A DNA stretch of 64,000 nt from an uncultured bacterium. Its GTDB lineage: Bacteria > Desulfobacterota_D > UBA1144 > Nemesobacterales > UBA2774. The notes under the pieces are model-generated. The model ran no database searches. It was not told the origin of the DNA and saw nothing but the letters and a program-made list of their open reading frames with translations. The position numbers and the translations under genes were made by a program. The DNA lies in the NCBI GenBank assembly GCA_963705505.1, contig CAVPJU010000006.1, positions 288,001 to 352,000 on the forward strand. Direction: 5' to 3'. The stretch's first letter is position 1. Every line of letters begins with the position of its first letter. This document shows positions 59,573 to 64,000 of the stretch, one piece after another.

Positions 59573-60814
59573 TTAACCGACCCTTAATCTCTTTATCAAT
59601 ATCCATCCCACCGCCGCAACGACGATAACTATAAAGGCAGCCATAATCAAGTAGCTTCTCGTGACCGTGAACAGCAAATTAGGCTTCACCTCAATCACTT
59701 TCTGGAACAGAGGATATTCCTTCGACATTTCGTTGTAGTCCGCGTCTTCCGCCATGATCTCGATCGATAGAAGGAGCGACTGAAACCCGCTCTTCGAGGG
59801 AGCTACCTTCCACTTCCATGTCGATGTCGAATTCTCCGTCACCTGCTTGGTCATTCCGGTATCCTCCGCGGGAAATACCTCCTCCACTCCGTCCGTTTCG
59901 GTAACCGGCCGTATGTCGAATCCGCGCCCTTTTAAGCTCAGGCCGATGTTCTGCCCCAACCTGACTTTATCGAATCCCTGGGCACTCATGCCGTTCAGAG
60001 CGTCGGACAAGCCCTTTAAAAAAGAATACGACAGCTCAACCTCGACGTCGTATGACTCTCCTATGCTCATTTCCCTGGGAGCGTCGAATACAATCCGTCC
60101 CGGCGCAAGTTTCCTCATGGAATTCTCGATCGCCTTCTCCAGATCAGGCGGAGGCGCCGACAATTCTACGACAGCCGGAGCCAGGGGTTCCTGAGCCGGC
60201 TCGTCCTGAGCCGTATTTTCCGCGGCAACTCCCCGCGGGGCCTGTCCCTCCGGTTCTGATGCAGGAGCGGGAGACACCTCGGGAACATGGGTGGAAGGCG
60301 GCGGTGTCGAAGGAGGGCTTTCCGCATGGGAGGATTCGAGAACGATGTGCACCCTCCTGTTTCGCTTGAGGGATTCCTCGTCAATGCCGCTATCGAATTT
60401 ATCCGTCTTGCCGTTCCCCCGGGCTTTTACCCTCCCGGGCCCGATACCCTGGCTGATATAGAATTTCCTTACAGCCTCCGCTCTCAGTCTCGACAAGTTA
60501 AGATTATATTGCTCCTCTCCGGTTATATCCGAATACCCCTCGATAACAACTATAAGACCGGGGTCATTCTTTAATAAAGTCACGTTCTCCTTCAGTTTGG
60601 ATTCGTCTTCAGGCGGGACACCGTGCTCATTCAGGTTAAAGAAAACATCCGTCGTGTCCTGCAAATTTTGCGCGGACGCGGCCGGGATGAACTCATTCGG
60701 CTCCGTCATGAGGGGGCTGAGGTACGAGGATATCAATATAAGTATAAGTACGCGGAACCCCCTGCCGCCGCCCGATTTTATAGTTCGACCCATCCTCCGC
60801 CTCGGCTGGACCAT
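59573..60814 (-). CDS. OmpA-like peptidoglycan-binding protein with a C-terminal membrane anchor
   Basis: IEGYSD...YNLNLSRLRAEAV...NRRV, Pro-rich linker, beta-rich domain, terminal TM followed by KRLR. Confidence 0.82.
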   Translation of the reverse strand: MVQPRRRMGRTIKSGGGRGFRVLILILISSYLSPLMTEPNEFIPAASAQNLQDTTDVFFNLNEHGVPPEDESKLKENVTLLKNDPGLIVVIEGYSDITGEEQYNLNLSRLRAEAVRKFYISQGIGPGRVKARGNGKTDKFDSGIDEESLKRNRRVHIVLESSHAESPPSTPPPSTHVPEVSPAPASEPEGQAPRGVAAENTAQDEPAQEPLAPAVVELSAPPPDLEKAIENSMRKLAPGRIVFDAPREMSIGESYDVEVELSYSFLKGLSDALNGMSAQGFDKVRLGQNIGLSLKGRGFDIRPVTETDGVEEVFPAEDTGMTKQVTENSTSTWKWKVAPSKSGFQSLLLSIEIMAEDADYNEMSKEYPLFQKVIEVKPNLLFTVTRSYLIMAAFIVIVVAAVGWILIKRLRVG

Positions 60815-61107
60815 TTAATGAACAGGAACAGCTAAATTGATAATTACCATTATCTCACTTTAATCAATCCATTGTCAATAAGGACGGCGGCGTATCGATA
60901 CCCTGCCTGTATAAGATAACGGGAAAAGGCGCACGCATGAGCGTTCCTTCCTCAAAGAGCGGCTTAAGCGATTTCAGCGGGGGGACACATGGATGCGTAC
61001 TGTATCAGGCCTATTAAAATAAAAACGGTTTTCGGCTCAGGTGTTATACTAATTTCAGGGCTGACTCAGGGCAAGAATGCAGGATTTATTGAAGCGGCTT
61101 GATACGA

Positions 61108-62262
61108 ATGAGTAAAGACTATCGATTGACGGTATATGACTCCATTTCAGATATAGACAGGAGCCTGTACAACGAGATTATAGACGGGGAAAATCCCTTC
61201 CTGGAGTATGAATTCCTCGAAGCAATGGAGAGATCCGGCTGCGTCGGTCCGCACACCGCATGGAAACCCAGACACATAATACTAAACGACGCCGACAGGA
61301 TTGCCGGAGCGATTACCGCCTATGTGAAGCTTGACTCGTACGGCGAATATATATTCGACTGGGAATGGGCAAGGGCATTCGAGAACGCGAGACTCGCGTA
61401 CTATCCCAAGATGGTCGTCGCAATCCCGTTTACCCCCGCGACCGGAATGCGCATTTCCGTACACCCCGACTACCCATTCGAAGAATGCGCCGGAATGATG
61501 GTCGAGCGTTTGAAAGACCTGTGCGCCGAGGAGGAATGCTCCTCGATCCATTTTCTCTTCTTAACGGATAAAGAGCGCGTCTTTCTGGAAAAGGCGGGTT
61601 TCCTTACGAGAATCACCCACCAGTACCACTGGAAAAACAGGAATTACGGCTCCTTCGAGGATTTTCTTTCCGACATACGGTCGGGCAGGAAAAAACAGAT
61701 AAGGAAAGAAAGAAAATCACTAGAGGAGGAAGGGCTCGATATACGAATTATCGAGAAGGACGACATTCAAAGCGGGCATATCGACGCAATCTGGGAGTTC
61801 TACACTGACACTCATTCGAGAAAATGGGGGAGCGCTTATCTGAACAGGGAATTTTTCGATCTCATGTTCGAGAACTACAGGCACCGACTCGTGCTCGTCA
61901 TGGCGGATAACGGCAAGAGGTGGGTCGGAGGAACTTTCAACATCGTGAAGAACAACAGGCTCTTCGGACGTTACTGGGGGACAATTCACAACTATAAAAA
62001 TCTCCATTTCGAATGTTGTTTCTACAGATTAATAGATTATTCTATAAGAAACGGGATCGATATTTTTGAGGCGGGCGCGCAGGGCGAGCATAAATTTTTA
62101 AGGGGCTTTGCGGCTGTTCCTACTTACAGCTCGCACCTGTTTCCGCACGAGGGCGCTAGCAGCGCCATAAGCAAGTATCTGATAAGAGAAAGGAGGTACA
62201 CGGAAAATCTTATCACGCAGTACAACACGCAGTCACCTCTTAAATATCTCCACGGTGAGTAG
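61108..62262 (+). CDS. DUF482 / FemAB-like GNAT-fold protein
   Basis: SYGEYIFDWEWA, YYPK...PFTPATG, GRYWG, LHFECCFY, AGAQGEHK. Confidence 0.88.
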   Translation: MSKDYRLTVYDSISDIDRSLYNEIIDGENPFLEYEFLEAMERSGCVGPHTAWKPRHIILNDADRIAGAITAYVKLDSYGEYIFDWEWARAFENARLAYYPKMVVAIPFTPATGMRISVHPDYPFEECAGMMVERLKDLCAEEECSSIHFLFLTDKERVFLEKAGFLTRITHQYHWKNRNYGSFEDFLSDIRSGRKKQIRKERKSLEEEGLDIRIIEKDDIQSGHIDAIWEFYTDTHSRKWGSAYLNREFFDLMFENYRHRLVLVMADNGKRWVGGTFNIVKNNRLFGRYWGTIHNYKNLHFECCFYRLIDYSIRNGIDIFEAGAQGEHKFLRGFAAVPTYSSHLFPHEGASSAISKYLIRERRYTENLITQYNTQSPLKYLHGE

Positions 62263-62381
62263 ACAAGAAATGTTCTATACTTAAATTAATTCAGGCGGGC
62301 AATGATGGGAGAAAAAGGGTCGGGAGCTCCAGCTACCGAGATCAGTTACAATAAGCACCGAATGATCCGAGGCGGATAGTG

Positions 62382-62723
62382 ATGGAAGACGGCAAAATAT
62401 TTCGGGGAGATCTGGAAGGAGACCTTCTTGAAGAAGAAAGGGCCAGACTTAAGAGGCCCGACATGTACAGAATAGTGCTTCTGAACGATGATTTCACTCC
62501 GAGGGAGTTTGTAGTATGGGTTTTGATGAGAGTCTTTTTCAAGGGACAGGATGAATCCACAAGAATAATGCTCGAAGCACATACCTCCGGCCAAAGCATG
62601 GTGGGGGTATATACATACGACGTAGCGACTACAAAAATCGTACAGGTGGACAAGCTGGCCAAACAATACGAACACCCTTTGAAATGCATACTTGAGGTAG
62701 AGACGGGCGGTGAGGAAGAATGA
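62382..62723 (+). CDS. clpS: N-degron adaptor ClpS
   Basis: YRIVLLNDDFTPREFV, IMLEAH, HPLKC. Confidence 0.95.
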   Translation: MEDGKIFRGDLEGDLLEEERARLKRPDMYRIVLLNDDFTPREFVVWVLMRVFFKGQDESTRIMLEAHTSGQSMVGVYTYDVATTKIVQVDKLAKQYEHPLKCILEVETGGEEE

Positions 62724-64000
62724 CACTATCAAAAGAACTGGAAGAGACGCTCAAGAGAGCGTATGAGCAGGCGAAGGTCAGAAGGCATGAGTTCATCACG
62801 CTCGAGCACATCCTTTTCGAGCTGACTTACGATCCGGACGCCTCGGAAGTCCTCGCGGGCTGCGGTGTGGACCTCGACGGTCTGAGGTCTACGCTCGAGG
62901 ATTTCTTCGAGGAGAACATGCCGCCTATAGATTCCGAATACCTGGCCGACCCTCAGTATTCGGCGGGCAGCCAGTTCGTGCTCAGGCTTGCGGCAATGCA
63001 TGCGGAATCCGCAGACAAATCGCAGATCAACGGGGGAAACATCCTCGTCGCGATGTTCAGGGTCGACGAGTCTCACGCAGTATATCTCTTGACGGAGCAG
63101 GGTGTAAACCGCTATGACATAGTACGGTATATATCGCACGGACGCTCTAAATACGGACAGCAGGAAAAATCGACCAGCATAGCAAAGACGGACACCCAGA
63201 CCGAACAGAGATCCAAAGACCCCCTCGGGGAGTTCTGCACCAATCTGGTGAGGAAGGCCCGGGACGGGAAGCTCGACCCTCTGATCGGACGCGAATCGGA
63301 GATAGACCGCACCATTCATATACTGGCGAGAAGAAGAAAGAATAACCCTATATTCGTCGGCGAGGCGGGCGTCGGAAAGACGGCAATAGCAGAAGGGCTC
63401 GCGCTCAGGATCGCACGGAGCGAGGTCCCGAAGGCGCTCGAGAACACGGGTATTTATGCGCTCGATATGGGCTCCCTCACCGCGGGCACGCGCTACAGGG
63501 GAGATTTCGAGGAAAGGCTGAAAGCGATAATCGACAGTGTAAGAGGGGATGAGAAAAAGATTCTTTTCATCGACGAAATCCATACCGTAATAGGCGCAGG
63601 CGCCGTCTCGGGAGGCACTCTCGACGCGTCCAATATGCTCAAGCCCGCGTTGTCAAACGGCGAGATACGCTGCATCGGCACCACGACACTCAAGGAATAC
63701 AGGAGCGTATTCGAGAAGGACCACGCGCTCGCGAGGAGGTTCCAGAGGATCGACGTATACGAGCCGAGCCAGGAGGAGTGCGTCAAGATACTACTCGGCC
63801 TTAAGAAATACTACGAGGATTTTCATAGCGTTAAATATTCCACACCCGCGCTTAAAGCCGCGGTCGAGCTCTCCGCAAAATACATGAACGACAGGAGGCT
63901 CCCCGACAAGGCCATAGACCTGATAGACGAAGCGGGGGCGGAGGTCAAGCTCAGAAACTCCGGAGCCGCCATAAGGCAGGTCACGGTCAAGGACATAGAG
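62720..64000 (+). CDS. clpA: Clp protease ATPase subunit ClpA (runs off the window end)
   Basis: Manual translation: RRHEFITLEH, DPLIGRE, RRKNNP, GEAGVGKT, FIDEIH, LPDKAIDL; ATGA overlap with clpS. Confidence 0.94.
   Translation, partial: MTLSKELEETLKRAYEQAKVRRHEFITLEHILFELTYDPDASEVLAGCGVDLDGLRSTLEDFFEENMPPIDSEYLADPQYSAGSQFVLRLAAMHAESADKSQINGGNILVAMFRVDESHAVYLLTEQGVNRYDIVRYISHGRSKYGQQEKSTSIAKTDTQTEQRSKDPLGEFCTNLVRKARDGKLDPLIGRESEIDRTIHILARRRKNNPIFVGEAGVGKTAIAEGLALRIARSEVPKALENTGIYALDMGSLTAGTRYRGDFEERLKAIIDSVRGDEKKILFIDEIHTVIGAGAVSGGTLDASNMLKPALSNGEIRCIGTTTLKEYRSVFEKDHALARRFQRIDVYEPSQEECVKILLGLKKYYEDFHSVKYSTPALKAAVELSAKYMNDRRLPDKAIDLIDEAGAEVKLRNSGAAIRQVTVKDIE

Noticed and set aside
62729..63583. 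284-aa minus-strand ORF
   Set aside because: Antisense shadow of clpA.
1..64000. CRISPR array, rRNA, transposase, integrase, retron or reverse transcriptase
   Set aside because: I saw no regularly spaced repeats or diagnostic motifs on manual reading.

Overview
Chromosomal segment of roughly 50% GC from a diderm bacterium. Gene content and sequence style suggest a Desulfobacterota-related lineage such as Ca. Dadabacteria (inference, not tested). Most of the window is housekeeping: mlaE, gltX, coaE, an acyl-CoA carboxylase trio, rsmA, thrC, thiE, leuS, typA, mnmG, prs-rplY-pth-hppA, rpsF-rpsR-rplI, degP and clpS-clpA, plus tRNA-Arg(CCG) and tRNA-Leu(CAG). An accessory region starts at tRNA-Arg with a 1.8 kb AT-rich, integrase-less islet bounded by a 40-bp duplication of the tRNA 3' half. 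It is followed by a LigD phosphoesterase, osmC, a decayed nnrS, DUF5996 and a copper cluster (outer-membrane barrel-copC-copD-PCuAC). Most notable candidates: (1) a secreted leader ORF ending in RSPP directly upstream of the copper cluster, resembling a CruR/CutF-type ribosome-arrest regulator but lacking the CxxC sensor; (2) a Na+-type membrane pyrophosphatase with three substitutions in normally near-invariant catalytic motifs; (3) a Cys-type Thi4 next to an archaeal-style gene; (4) an ECF sigma/ChrR-like anti-sigma/fasciclin module with two matching GATCC-N16-CGTA promoters; (5) an FZL/mitofusin-like dynamin. Five genes-level frameshifts in four genes are all +1 insertions and may be assembly errors. 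All family assignments come from motif recognition by eye; no searches were run.
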